This document shows, in pieces, positions 41,501-49,268 of a stretch of DNA of 59,757 nt (positions within the stretch are counted from its first letter, which is position 1; the number at the start of each line of letters is the position of its first letter). Below the pieces are notes generated by a model. It worked only from the letters and a program-made list of their open reading frames with translations. It was not told the origin of the DNA and ran no database searches. Position numbers and translations under genes: made by a program. The stretch covers positions 1 through 59,757 of the IMG/VR virus record IMGVR_UViG_3300027983_000018; one strand, 5' to 3'. This stretch comes from a virus. Lineage: Duplodnaviria; Caudoviricetes.

Positions 41501-42417
41501 ATCTCAGCATTTTTACTCTTAGTTGCATCTATTTCCAAGAAGTAATCTTCACCCTTTTCTAATGCAGAATTGATGTTTAACAACAGTGAAGTGTATTCAG
41601 CAAGAGCTTTTCTAGCTTGCTCTCTTGCTTCAGCAACAGGAATGTTTTTTTGTTTAGCAATTATTCCCGGCAATATGCCTAAAGCATAATTGTTTTCAGA
41701 CTCTGAGTTTTTTATTTTCAAAACGGGTGTACGCATTGTACCGTCTTCATCTTCAAATTTTAAAACATTTCCGTTTAAATCCGTTGGGATTAAAACAATA
41801 TCGTTGTCGTTGATTTGGTAAGGAGTAACATAAGCCTCGTTTTCTTTAACATCGGAATAACGTACCGCTTTTAGTTTATTGTTTCCAGAAAAATCTTTAA
41901 GTATTAACTCAATTGCTTTTGAAACAAAACGACCTTTGCTACTTAAATTCTCTGTTCCTTGAGCAGTAGAGGCAAGCTCCAAGCTTTGATTGTACGTTTT
42001 ATTAAAAATAAAAGATAACGGAGTGAAGTCATTAACAACAGTGGTGATCGTATTGCTGTTTCCAATTAGACTAGAAATCTCTGAAATTACATCCGATAAG
42101 TTTTTGTCAGTTACTGAACCAGCAATAACTTTACCTCTAAGGATTCCGATTTCTTTAAGAAGATTTAGATTCGGCTTAGTTACGGGAGAGTTCATGTGAG
42201 AAAAAATCATCTCTGGAGCAATCAACATGTGTTGAAGAATAAGCTCTTTGTTTTTATTCTCAGTAAACTCAGGAGAAGAAAGGGACAACACAGCTGAATT
42301 AAATAGCTGTGTCATCATGTCTTTTGAAGTTATTTCTGTATTATAAAATGCGGGGATTGTTTTTTTAAAATACGCACTAAATAATTTTATTGAATTTGGA
42401 GTAATACAAATGTTCAT
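29554..42417 (-). CDS. virion-packaged DNA-dependent RNA polymerase (phi14:2 gp66-like) with N-terminal zincin and C-terminal accessory domains
   Basis: GADYDIDKL catalytic motif (35626-35640), RIPTQ, DGQGW, KYSLMPL; HEAFH...EEYLAEEF zincin at ~40300-40480; 4287 aa. Confidence 0.92.
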   Translation of the reverse strand: MNICITPNSIKLFSAYFKKTIPAFYNTEITSKDMMTQLFNSAVLSLSSPEFTENKNKELILQHMLIAPEMIFSHMNSPVTKPNLNLLKEIGILRGKVIAGSVTDKNLSDVISEISSLIGNSNTITTVVNDFTPLSFIFNKTYNQSLELASTAQGTENLSSKGRFVSKAIELILKDFSGNNKLKAVRYSDVKENEAYVTPYQINDNDIVLIPTDLNGNVLKFEDEDGTMRTPVLKIKNSESENNYALGILPGIIAKQKNIPVAEAREQARKALAEYTSLLLNINSALEKGEDYFLEIDATKSKNAEILSMNINEVVPISEIKNLDVLELTISMTKKSKRVNIIPEGGSTPVNISENALNKITQDQFEALLALIFFEGEIKVKTGDVFWKKASRKNIFKTIVRANLTGVIFSKNEKSITIAGSSFEINDTNKAEITTAFRNYVYEGVSIQYDKALNYLDITDIGSEQNATENNQVYVKDGVYYRKQFSLINFNQEETTTLDSNVTVLQSFKDGVFEMKKSKFKEHVIANGNVRIRMKNKELKSVPPYLSFKPSSFEKITEKTEEEVKEETILGSNNADTFFQSTSKKNQARVTEKQEKDAESWFENHPLSKLIRLHLTDEIHALGPQFVAEFVDNMITLYHGSDKTDIYHEAFHAFSMGVLSREQQKEMYDTLRTKPGYFTVTVYGKETSVSFSLATELQLEEYLAEEFKKFAVKGVTSQKGKVKEFFEKMLNLLKSFFGNSTFAEAIALNRTNGMTNALFSALYKGDLKSSSFDNRNLSAMYNSSEIKKINEDGTTQLEFSLEEVHLAMESMQSFLSNYIDSGVNSVAIVPEGQIPDRAQFMRVITLAGMDPIKQAAQYAALEKEIEQFKKDNLSIFNGYGTFRFKTHPVLLKNAFLFMKNSFVQQKVIAESKFLNDKTDLKSKFIFETVTKIIDNFGDFNNDNTYTTQDTYQDISSLFFNSYSGLQVTDTAEDSIDEQLAESDSGDNVRLIFDRSGNESAILDLADEHTKMLLSSVRSYGSNGKGVSNMNALNVQKLVPFKTMFAKVAKLLANTNDRQVMYARLVEAGKTDKELNQMLYKLGDPLSNATVSEVKQWISFWQTFNKADVMLRAQVIEKTTTIDQGGAFDKSSATTQSYSGDINKSYAFVINDWKDSFIGKMETGPYSSSDMIERDGVVTPGAAYFDLQKFILEFQPNLKVHDLTNGVGYVTILEYNSLSPDQKKLYSKNPTSTKSEADPVAFLRAVGIDLVNDPVVKDSFWYGDPSLELKASSFSYFSEFLEQRSIDQPESKYRSLDQLFKDYSVGSPPVKFQGKIGFLSTVAKLHQKYSNDNSSFMSRTAYGEMASEKSLNSSLTIEIQALNAAQSYDELLSIPGMEKFDFRSNPQIAANKWIVSMFNLDSPVTSSTHGVRNTGIKIYIENISGSKVVHTEITKNGENPQTTTVDKGVSSIGSDEKTKFITDVLLTDYGMQEIPRSEAKSSSLAVYASQTTESGSLIGGKTGKLAFDIETIDKVFSEDYDGVMLYGDFSGHIEAEIIRILRLKQVAQYIKDNPDEKHVYDFNFLERGQEWSSFSNIISDENKKALLKSYSDYLAKGNELQSFSINSAVSRALEKKIEKDLVSYFGKRSAELLKIKQDVEMPDNIMSKFEVKDENKKVNRNETMERLFRSHITNNFLQNMNYSSLFLGDPVLFNIGKEDYHKRNAGMISTGKIFVSDDAFLKFVNNQGLFNNRAFAKAHNKSKGIDLDYAYNGMLNTGVISESIHSAKYIDEMEELMGTEVASTYKNMEEADGQGWISFDSYRLLNISCDEWSEGQEDLYQKMLKGEKISSNKYKTTFPIKKFQYFGPVTTDKNLQPGSAFTAFHKYSLMPLIPALIKNKKLESLHNSMMEQGLDYVTMQSGSKLSTLSEVAYDKEADKLVKKSDVFYDENRKVNTGLEFVKNIISVKHLKNQVYLAEGFKGKVTLATQMRKMILHGIADNGVPTDYKGTLDWDSLDEKQKVKESKNYSWYKDYNSSMTQLREHFKQDILADLGMQFNNVTGEYEGNQENIIKFLQKELAKSDFLPHEIEAIVNSETGNLRDLSYSLNAEKLESILVTLVDNKLRKLKVNGEALVQASGTMYEDNDLEFDATNELKFYRKTLDGSPSFMEVKIALQGDFEKLFHLDYHTGGEKIAAYTKIEVDGKIKKELDYDESLKRLNESIKNPEWNKTNRSFITFAGVRIPTQGPNALDAVIVAEFLPKYAGTKVILPSEIVAKSGADYDIDKLFFMYPNFGFVNGKPEMIKYVGYDTNGTADAKQKVEEFELTVLKPLYEEIERLNDESAKKYDEQKDAFSSEEYSFLYNASREVFDQISDFKKTKGSVIVTGFFGGQKLNNTRVHEIVEILENQINSLYTQLEENNRKLEDLIFEATGSMKSELKEFFIKNKEAKKAVRLQIKLQKENKGAELERASLGYTTKGVENDILATMISKISSPENFVDLVTPNTTDRVLPIANDMEAKVKRDYNKYEKFEDTQTSNSVISGTSIFDYLYNLQKHQENSVAMEALGIAAVTSTFYATFTAFGGNLNPPSIDDLTKFNKADKKNKSLDIFHTFKSMTLKLSHNSVGEGDNKRITIGKRYSSDKAPALIADTISQLINGYLDVAKKAWIFNVQGNKENTPNLLFMVMAGVPVSDAIYLSSNPLVIEYNQIKKEMLGVYSNISNDPGTNPIIDSETSFKVNQLAQDELARRYSDLIKSSGYDNLSFSSINNLNETEVYTEKQLLDRVGEAPNSEDLRLLAQYLNIELITKDLTEFQQANKFDTKKIANITDAEQNKKQLESLFSKPSAIPLSWEKGFESTPIGLFKDKDFIINLFTRFFKIRNHEILNKKALSLKVKKGVFKNVMINAFKNDFSLFLYQNAMYSPVSYSTQLANGSPVVYKLTENKTQKEAIKVNEVNGEVTYNVNKLRHDMFLDRTINNLYKDGQMTEYVKYLIELRNVKESFVGVSEKEIREKHWFFDRYHIDAIPKLVAAYNTQSPSVMFDSNIGTSARFKALKERYADELSHYSLVEDLRSDTERKNDNSKKSNLYLQDTTDPRIMAVYLENLIDLSNNSNPDINSFFSLDNFSHISTMQAGSNTKSKYYLGKLDTKSRMETVIQKTFASERILKVFADIQKQMETESIKINKADGRLLDQYFNLFNDLTPMEYKQRSRGSDYTLNVPLAFVTTSTIKKTVMTEGDIFIYENLNDATKEDEFFVIVESGVFFDEMPGMTIDSLEELFKSWLGKKIAFQDDKIIPPSGPGINEKTFNALLLKYFGVDNSSTSPVLQSVPLFKIKDGLSIADAINKKKNNWVKDETMANNSNKAIAFPSKAAPEYLSGNKSSTRNYIRKIKEINSSAFDEQFVSSDAVWIFGAGNFKSSRGGETETSYQQILVADFTNKYAPVIDKAIKEGVSFNVGTANGIDKLAIDYLVKEGYKKIIRYAQIGKYYELVKSYDGKTSPLYSPKKGIRLSNGPFIELKKYLNDMNLFEGMDESDIASNGYDIVSDKINKKLEGDDKLRLNLINVLHVQDGTSSVLSKSGIDIGISISDSFLEQYLMKNTNSVLAQYIRNAQSSNGKTTYQGTSEKDNKSNYYWFSEFWRYVGLKTYQAFIRDLANSKSAEDIGIINNKIRTVYINELQNTFPELGKVELQSDNSTLKVENEQVLKIKEPTFERLMVGNHGIYIEFSTPKNTGNFVTARMQYNEYDRDGKKLYDQTKTVNYADYKPGKWYLDLYEAFGKKQPQYSENNKSNQTTTTKQSSAEREYTPENITSLKSNEVFVFGANTVGGHGGGTAGLAQRGTVTPEYKALPVGTKGKWSEYGIVDKLMQGTEGKSFGIVTKAASISNGFLKIGKTRSVPPSRIEQSINALILEANNNPGLKFLVTKFGTNMAGFTEQEMKSLLENKNLPENIVLPKEFEVRTANSTNSQSSNPVSTEATILLPIGISGSGKSTFIKTLSKDEYTVISPDEMRVEFTGNMDDKSKDKEIYEAVKERAIAALKSGKSVVIDSTNLQKDRRRDFISAINSASPNTKVEYKLLELNPALAKQRIKDQLARGENRANVPDTSIDRQALLYKEMLEDIKSENVSEFSETNSQSSEPVSTEATGTINVSALKQGTTKITYTLFNNYIKENQTKTGYKITIPEFPNVELYLTKEHYNSEGNVAALNWFIEVNTKGGVFTIYTEGASTQKQVLEKFADDINTKYSKSENGRKVLKSIGIELTNSQSSEPVSADLFAEYKSLGGTMSESYFNDLPLDRQQNMIKDKNNC
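29668..30589. repeat. three dispersed direct repeats encoding the TNSQSS(E/N)PVS(TEAT) linker
   Basis: Copies at 29668-29698, 30047-30088 and 30548-30589; the first two share 31 identical bp. Confidence 0.9.
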
Positions 42418-42420
42418 ACG

Positions 42421-45400
42421 TTAAGCTTTACATTGATTTGTTAATACACTAATAATTTCTTTTTCTAATTCCTCAGTAGTTAAAGCGTCAACACCTGCAT
42501 CTGAGATTTTGTCAAAGTTACTAAAAATATCAGCAAACGATGAGACAATTGGTTGACTTTCTTTTACAGTTACTTTGTCTTCAAAGCTTTTTACTTTTAC
42601 CGCTTCTCCAGATTTTACAGATTTAACAAATGTGGATAGAAACTCTTGAAGCTTTATGCTTTTTGAATTGCCGTTTTCATTAAGAACAACTTCACCTGTA
42701 GCTTTATTAAAACTTACAACTTGGTAAACTTTATTGTCCTTTAACAATACGTTTTCAAAAGTGTTTTCCGATAAGTAAAACCCCGCACCAAATTTTTGTG
42801 CAATAAGATCAAAGATTAATTTTCTTTGATTTTCGTTAAAAAGAAGGGACGAAACTAAATTATAGTACCCTGCTGCAAAAGAAACACTCCGTCCATCTGT
42901 GCTATTATTAATACGATGCTTTATTAAAGTTATAACTTTAAAAGGATTATTCGCTTCAATTAATTCAATAATCTCTAAATTAGATTCCAGTCTGTAAAAT
43001 TCATCTTCAGCTACATTTTCTATTTTTGAATCACGCTCTTGTAAACCCGCTTCAAAAAGATCTATTTCCACTTCTACGTCATCTTCAAAATCAAGTTGAG
43101 TCTGGATCCCTTCTTGAGAAGGAACTTTCGCCAATGGATTCATTTCCACTTCTTCTATAGCAGCGGTGTCTAATTTCTTTTGTTCAGCAATTTTTCTAGC
43201 TTCCTCGGTATCATCAAAAAGAATTTTATCCACCTTAGATACAGTAACTTTTTTAGGAGTAGCTTTCTTTTTAGGAGTACTAACCTTAACCTTGTTATCC
43301 GTTTTTAAAATCCTAGACCTACCACTAGGGCTTATCTCTATTTTTAAAGAAATCTTAGCCCCTTTTAATTTTTTATTTATCGCTGTAGCAATAGAAGGAG
43401 TCAACAAACGAAGAGTTGTCAATTCATTTTTTAGCTTTAACAAATCAGATTTGTCAGTAAACTTCAAGCCTTTTAAATCTTCCGTTTTCTGTTTAATTAA
43501 ATCACGAATATCCATTATCTTTAGGAGAAATTCAGCATTCGTCAACTTAAATATTTCCGGATACTCTCTTTCCAAGTAACTTCTTAAATCATCCGTAATA
43601 TTCACTTTCTGAAGAAGAGCAAGGTTTTCAGTAATTAGTTTTATCGTTTCCGTTTCATCAATAAGAGCTTGTGCCTTTTTAGTAGCCTCAAACAAAATTC
43701 GATTCTTCTCATCACTAATTGCTTCGTAAAAATCAGCAACCATAACCGAAGCGTCACTTCGACTAAAGCCCTCCATAAGATCATTAATGAAGTCATCACT
43801 TACTTCCGTGTACTCAAGAGTTACACCAGCTCTATCAAAAAGAACCTGTAAGTAATCTATGTTTGAAAGTTGAGATTTTCTCTCCTTACTTTTCGTGTTT
43901 CTCTCTGCATCAATTCGCTCTTGCATACTTGCACGATTAGCTTCAATACTTTGCTTGTTGTTAGCACGGGAAGCCTCCTCACTTAAAGAAACGCGATCAG
44001 AAACTTGACTCCTGTTGAATATTGAGTACGCACTAACATACCCTCCGATATTCATAATGGAATTTCTTTTTATAGTACGCTTATCACTTGCTTTCAAACT
44101 ACTTAAACTCTTACGATAAACCGTAGCCAAAAGTTCCTGTAATTCTACGGGATAAGAATCAAAAGGTATTTTATAGTTGTACTCAAGAACATCCCCAAAC
44201 TCATAATTGTAATCATAATCCTCCTCTGAAAAAATAGTTTCAACCAACTCTTCAACCCTCTCCGTTTCCGAAGTAGCAAGAGTAACACTACTCATATCCG
44301 TAAGGGGGGACATCAACCTCAAGTTAGCTAAAAGCTCCATAGAAGTATTAAGGTCAACAATAGCTTTACGTAACTCATTGTTTAAATTAGTCAACTCCCT
44401 AAACCCAATTGCATCAGCACCCTTTAGTCTAAGCCTAATGGCAGAAATCTCAATCTCCTTTCGAGCAATGTCAGTTTCATAACCACGAATCGAATTAGAA
44501 ACCTCAACCTCGTCCATGTCAGAAAATAAACTCTCAGTAGGTGTAGAACTATCCGACGTCTCCAAAAAATCACTAATCACATTAACAGCCCCCGAAACAC
44601 CACTGCCTAAATCAAAGCTCTTGTTTTGGTTTACTATCATATCAACAAGTTTCCATACAGGAAGATCACTATCCAGTTCTGCTATGTTAATCTTCTTGTT
44701 AAACTTATTAAAAGTAATTGCTCTGAATAGTTCTCTGAAAAAATTAGTAAGAGCTGTATCATATTTAGTAATTTTTGAATCAGATGCATTATCTCTTTTG
44801 ATAGCAGACGTCATTAAGTCAATTGATCTAGCAATAACTTCGTGTACAAATTCCTTATTTATTCCCTTAAACTGTGGCCCTTCTGTTGTGCTGTCTATTC
44901 CGTAAACTCTTGTTACATATTTTGCAGCTGTTTCATTAGCTCCTTTCATAGCTGTATTAGAAGCCTCATCAAAAAGGCTCATTATCATTTCTGGATTGCT
45001 TCTCATTGCTTCCTCAATAAACGGATGAGAGAAGATTTCGTGAAGCATTGTGTTTTCGTTAATAGAGTCTGCGTTTATGTATGCTGTGTTTGTATCAGCG
45101 TCATAGAATCCACCTGTTGAATGGTCGTCAATTTGGAAGAAGATGTTTTGTATTAGATCTATACCGTCTCCTAAGCTATCTGCGTTTTTGCTTATGAAAT
45201 CAATCATGTCGTCAAGCTTGCCTGCAGATTGGTATTCTGCAAGTTCCTTTAAGTTTTTTAAGAGCTCTGTAACATTCTTTGACTTTTCATAAACATCTCT
45301 AAGAAGAGTTGAGAACGCAGGATCCTGTATTGTTTTGCGTAGTTCAAGTACCTTTTCTCCAATTTCGTATCCAAATTTTGCTTGATGAAGTATTTCTATA

Positions 45401-48400
45401 AATCTTTGCTCAAGAGGATTAGTAATCGAGTTAAGCACTTTCTCTGATACATCTGATGAAGTTATGATTGATACATTTGTACCAAATCGTTTAGCCATTT
45501 TTTTAGCTAATTTCTCAAGGGCTTTTACTTCTTTTTCTAGCTCTTTACTTTTACGTGCGTTCTCGGAAACCTCTGCTTTTCCGGATTCAACTTTCTTACC
45601 TGTTCCTATTTCATCTAGGTTGTTTGCCCCTGGACGATCTAAAGAGTATGCAGCAAGATTAAGTGCATCGGTCAACAAAGTTTTATTTGTCAATTTTGTA
45701 TCGCGTAGTGCATTTTTTATGGAAATCAAAAGGTTAGTCCATAAACTTTTTTTAGTTGCACTGGTTGGGTCTTCAACTTTGTTTAGTAACTGTTGAAGTT
45801 CCGGATTGTTCATTGCCTCTGTTAAAAACTCAGCGGGGTCATTTAATGTTGTAAGCACTCCAGAACTTAACTCAGGATTAGTTTTTAAGAAATGTTCTTT
45901 CACTAACTCTAAGTACTCATTAATTTTTGCTGAAAGCTCTGGGCTTGTAGCAATCTTACTTGTGATTTTGTGTTGAAGAATTGCTCTTATGAATAAACTT
46001 TCGAATGAAACACTCACTCCAGAGTACCCCTTTGCTGCATAACGAAGATCAATAGTGTAAACACCATCTTCATCCAGTGTTATTGGTAATGCCGCGTCAG
46101 TAACAAACTTCACCTTTGCTTTTGTGTCAGCAACTGCTTCTAATAATTGTTTGTCAATGTTGTTTAGGAAATCACTTTCTGCAATTGCATTTATTAATGC
46201 ATCTCCTTTTGTTGAAGATAAATCAATAACTTGACCAAGTTTAATTCTAAATCTTTTTATTAAATCGGTAACTGTTCGTTTATCGTTTTTTGTTCTGTAA
46301 CCGTTTCGTCTGTATTCTTGAGCGTCCTCTTCAATAAGGATTCCGTTTTTCAACTTGTATCTGCTTTGAATTACTCTTTGTGCTTCCAGCATTCTTTCTT
46401 TACTTACAGGCTCATTGGTATCCTTGTCATAGATGTTTTTAGGCATTACCCCTTTCTGAACAAGTAAGTCCAATTCCTGTGTAGAGAAATACATTCCTCT
46501 TTTTAGAAGTTCCTTAAATATTTTATGTGCTTCTGCTTTTTTCTCAAAAGAAAGAAGTGCTTCATAGATGTGATTTTTCTTATTAGCAATTAAATCTTTT
46601 TGCATACGAATGTATGACTCGAAGTAACTTGCTGTTTTTTCGGGTATAGCGTAAGTGAGCGCAAGATTTTGAAATTCCCTAAGATCTTTTTTAACATTAA
46701 GGAAATCTGAAAACGTGGTGTAAAGATCTTTGTTGTTCGCTTTACTTTCTTCTAAAGTTAAGCCTGTATCTTTACCCAATTCTGTAAGAAGATTTGAGAA
46801 CGCATTTTCCAATTCTGAGTTTAGTTCTTTTGGAAATTCTTCTTGCTCCTTTAAGGAAACTGTTTTATCAAAAACAACCTTATACTTTTCAAAAGCCTCA
46901 AGTTTTTCCTGAGAGCGCGCTAACTTCTTTTTGCTTTCTGCAGACAATTCCAAAAGTTTGTTTCCGCTAACTTCTAGCTTCAATAAAGAAATAGACTCGT
47001 CTAATTTTTTCTCATCGATTATTGATTCAAACTCTAACGATGTTATTGGAAGTTCTTTTGACAATGACGAATGCAATGACTCAATTCTGTTACCTAAAAG
47101 TTTAATTTTAGTTTTTGAGAAAAGCATTTCTTTTTTCAAGTTTTCGTATGCGTGATACCTAATTGCATTATCACTTGCATTTTTGTTACCTGGATTCATC
47201 ATTGATGGAAGAATCGGGTTAATCATTGAATCCTCTAAAGCATTATAGTCTTCTTTTAATTCCTTTATTGTTTTAGCCTTAGTCAACAAAGTTTTTTGAA
47301 ATTCCGCTTTAGTTGCCTCTGTAATATCAATTCTGTTGAATGCTTGATTTAATTCCTTAGCTGAGGAGTTAGTCCCCATTTGTGTTAAATAATCGATAAA
47401 CTCATCTTCCAGTCCTGATTCAAACATGGTACTAATCTGCATTCCAAAAGCTTCTTCTTTTAGATCCTCAAGCTTTTTTTTATCTCCTGTTTGAACAGCT
47501 TTTATTATTTCTTCCTGGATTCCTTTTTGACGAAACAAAGGTTTACTTATTTCTTTCAAAAACGCGTTATCGTTTTGTAGCAAAGTAGTAAGCATTTCTG
47601 CTTTTGCATCTAACTTTGCATAAAAATCTTTCTGTTCTTTCTGGTATAGTTTATTGTTTGAGATTGATTGCCAATTCTTTTTAAGACTTTCAACATTTAA
47701 GTTACTTTGAAGAGTTTGTTGAAATGTTCCAACGGGTCCAGCAAAAACCCCCATTAAAGCACCAGAAAGAAAAGTACTAATTCCTTGCGGATTTCCTTGA
47801 TTCTCTTCTGTTTCATAAAAAAGGTTTTCAAAAGCATTTCCAAAATCATCTATTACCCCTGCGTAATAACCCCCTCGTAATTGTTGTTCTTGTTCATTTC
47901 TTGCAAAGTACTTTTGATTGGCATTAGAAATCATGTCCTGACCAACTTCTTGAGAACCTTCCGAAACAGCACTAACTCCAAAGTTACCCCAGTATGCTTT
48001 TGTAGATAAAGGTTTAATGTGGGTATTAGCCCAGCTTTGACGAGTAATTGAAACCCTAGCCGCTTTACCTTTAGCTGCTTCTTCTAATCTAAAAAACTTA
48101 TTAAGTGTTTTACCACTGGTAAACATGTTATCAAATGCCAACCCATTAGTTAAATAAATTAAACCAAAGTTTTGTTTAATTGTAGAGCTATAAACGTTGT
48201 CTGATTTCTTTCGAAAATCTTCTACCATTTGCTCAGACATTTCTTCATCAGGATTTTCTAAATTCCAATCCGCTACTTGTTTGTCAGAAAACTCTTTACG
48301 AGCCATGTTTGCTTCCAACTTACCTTCACCATAAGCCATCGTGAATTTTCGAGCATCTCTCACTACCGAGCCAACTCCTAATGCAACTCTGGCAAATCCA

Positions 48401-49260
48401 TTTACGTCAGCAAGTTTGTCCATGTTTCGCACAAAATCAATGGTGTTACCTAATGGATTAACTGCGTGAAGAGAACCTCTTCCCAGCGTACCCATAAAAG
48501 TACGAGCTTTGTTTACATCAGTAAGATTATCAAAAACCTTAAAGTATTTGTTTTTATTTGCAGAAACCTTCCACGCCTTACTTAATTTAGTTGAAGCTCT
48601 TTCAATATTTGTTGCCGTCCTTGCTGCAGCCGCTTGTGCTCCTAAACCTCTACTTGCAACAACCATAGCGTAAAGAAGAGTTTCTTCTGCTGCAATACCT
48701 CCAATAATACCCAACGTGTATCCAAAAGACAAAAACGTGTTTGCTGCTCCTCCTGCAAAACCAGTTCTTGTAGTACTGTAATCTCTGTTTATGTCTTCAA
48801 AATCTATGTAGTTATCTTTACTTGAGATTGCTCCTTCAAGAAATGTGTCTTGTAAACCAATTCCGGCAAGTTTACTTAATCCTGTAAAAGCACGTCCTGC
48901 ATCGGTCCAGCCACTTGTTGCATCAATAAATTTCTTGTCCGTAGAACCAACGTCAAAAGGATTAAACCCTATTGATCCAAATGTTTTAGAGCCATACGTT
49001 TTTAATCTACTTAAATTTGTTTCTGAGGGATTAAAGTTAACGGGAGTCGTGTAATCTTTATTGTAACCAGGATTTTTTTCATACTCCTTAGCAATAACAC
49101 TCTTAAACTGATCACTTGGGTTAATGTAATCCTGGTTAAGATTGTCAAGTTTTTCTTTAGAGATTGTTTCATCCAATCCTTTTGGAGAAGATGATCCAGG
49201 TTTACTTCCAGGACCTTTTGTGTTCTCAACTGAATTTTGATACTTGCTTACTATTGGCAT
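42421..49260 (-). CDS. giant virion cargo protein with membrane-like helices and zincin-like domains
   Basis: 2279 aa; Gly/Ala-rich hydrophobic N-terminal helices, EGSQE motif, HEIFSH (45025-45042); upstream of the vRNAP. Confidence 0.8.
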   Translation of the reverse strand: MPIVSKYQNSVENTKGPGSKPGSSSPKGLDETISKEKLDNLNQDYINPSDQFKSVIAKEYEKNPGYNKDYTTPVNFNPSETNLSRLKTYGSKTFGSIGFNPFDVGSTDKKFIDATSGWTDAGRAFTGLSKLAGIGLQDTFLEGAISSKDNYIDFEDINRDYSTTRTGFAGGAANTFLSFGYTLGIIGGIAAEETLLYAMVVASRGLGAQAAAARTATNIERASTKLSKAWKVSANKNKYFKVFDNLTDVNKARTFMGTLGRGSLHAVNPLGNTIDFVRNMDKLADVNGFARVALGVGSVVRDARKFTMAYGEGKLEANMARKEFSDKQVADWNLENPDEEMSEQMVEDFRKKSDNVYSSTIKQNFGLIYLTNGLAFDNMFTSGKTLNKFFRLEEAAKGKAARVSITRQSWANTHIKPLSTKAYWGNFGVSAVSEGSQEVGQDMISNANQKYFARNEQEQQLRGGYYAGVIDDFGNAFENLFYETEENQGNPQGISTFLSGALMGVFAGPVGTFQQTLQSNLNVESLKKNWQSISNNKLYQKEQKDFYAKLDAKAEMLTTLLQNDNAFLKEISKPLFRQKGIQEEIIKAVQTGDKKKLEDLKEEAFGMQISTMFESGLEDEFIDYLTQMGTNSSAKELNQAFNRIDITEATKAEFQKTLLTKAKTIKELKEDYNALEDSMINPILPSMMNPGNKNASDNAIRYHAYENLKKEMLFSKTKIKLLGNRIESLHSSLSKELPITSLEFESIIDEKKLDESISLLKLEVSGNKLLELSAESKKKLARSQEKLEAFEKYKVVFDKTVSLKEQEEFPKELNSELENAFSNLLTELGKDTGLTLEESKANNKDLYTTFSDFLNVKKDLREFQNLALTYAIPEKTASYFESYIRMQKDLIANKKNHIYEALLSFEKKAEAHKIFKELLKRGMYFSTQELDLLVQKGVMPKNIYDKDTNEPVSKERMLEAQRVIQSRYKLKNGILIEEDAQEYRRNGYRTKNDKRTVTDLIKRFRIKLGQVIDLSSTKGDALINAIAESDFLNNIDKQLLEAVADTKAKVKFVTDAALPITLDEDGVYTIDLRYAAKGYSGVSVSFESLFIRAILQHKITSKIATSPELSAKINEYLELVKEHFLKTNPELSSGVLTTLNDPAEFLTEAMNNPELQQLLNKVEDPTSATKKSLWTNLLISIKNALRDTKLTNKTLLTDALNLAAYSLDRPGANNLDEIGTGKKVESGKAEVSENARKSKELEKEVKALEKLAKKMAKRFGTNVSIITSSDVSEKVLNSITNPLEQRFIEILHQAKFGYEIGEKVLELRKTIQDPAFSTLLRDVYEKSKNVTELLKNLKELAEYQSAGKLDDMIDFISKNADSLGDGIDLIQNIFFQIDDHSTGGFYDADTNTAYINADSINENTMLHEIFSHPFIEEAMRSNPEMIMSLFDEASNTAMKGANETAAKYVTRVYGIDSTTEGPQFKGINKEFVHEVIARSIDLMTSAIKRDNASDSKITKYDTALTNFFRELFRAITFNKFNKKINIAELDSDLPVWKLVDMIVNQNKSFDLGSGVSGAVNVISDFLETSDSSTPTESLFSDMDEVEVSNSIRGYETDIARKEIEISAIRLRLKGADAIGFRELTNLNNELRKAIVDLNTSMELLANLRLMSPLTDMSSVTLATSETERVEELVETIFSEEDYDYNYEFGDVLEYNYKIPFDSYPVELQELLATVYRKSLSSLKASDKRTIKRNSIMNIGGYVSAYSIFNRSQVSDRVSLSEEASRANNKQSIEANRASMQERIDAERNTKSKERKSQLSNIDYLQVLFDRAGVTLEYTEVSDDFINDLMEGFSRSDASVMVADFYEAISDEKNRILFEATKKAQALIDETETIKLITENLALLQKVNITDDLRSYLEREYPEIFKLTNAEFLLKIMDIRDLIKQKTEDLKGLKFTDKSDLLKLKNELTTLRLLTPSIATAINKKLKGAKISLKIEISPSGRSRILKTDNKVKVSTPKKKATPKKVTVSKVDKILFDDTEEARKIAEQKKLDTAAIEEVEMNPLAKVPSQEGIQTQLDFEDDVEVEIDLFEAGLQERDSKIENVAEDEFYRLESNLEIIELIEANNPFKVITLIKHRINNSTDGRSVSFAAGYYNLVSSLLFNENQRKLIFDLIAQKFGAGFYLSENTFENVLLKDNKVYQVVSFNKATGEVVLNENGNSKSIKLQEFLSTFVKSVKSGEAVKVKSFEDKVTVKESQPIVSSFADIFSNFDKISDAGVDALTTEELEKEIISVLTNQCKA

Positions 49261-49268
49261 AATTAGAA

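Noticed and set aside
10860-44690. CAGTTCTG as a shared motif at the skew jumps
   Set aside because: Present near 10874 and 44674 but not clearly at the 21-kb switch; too short to support without statistics.
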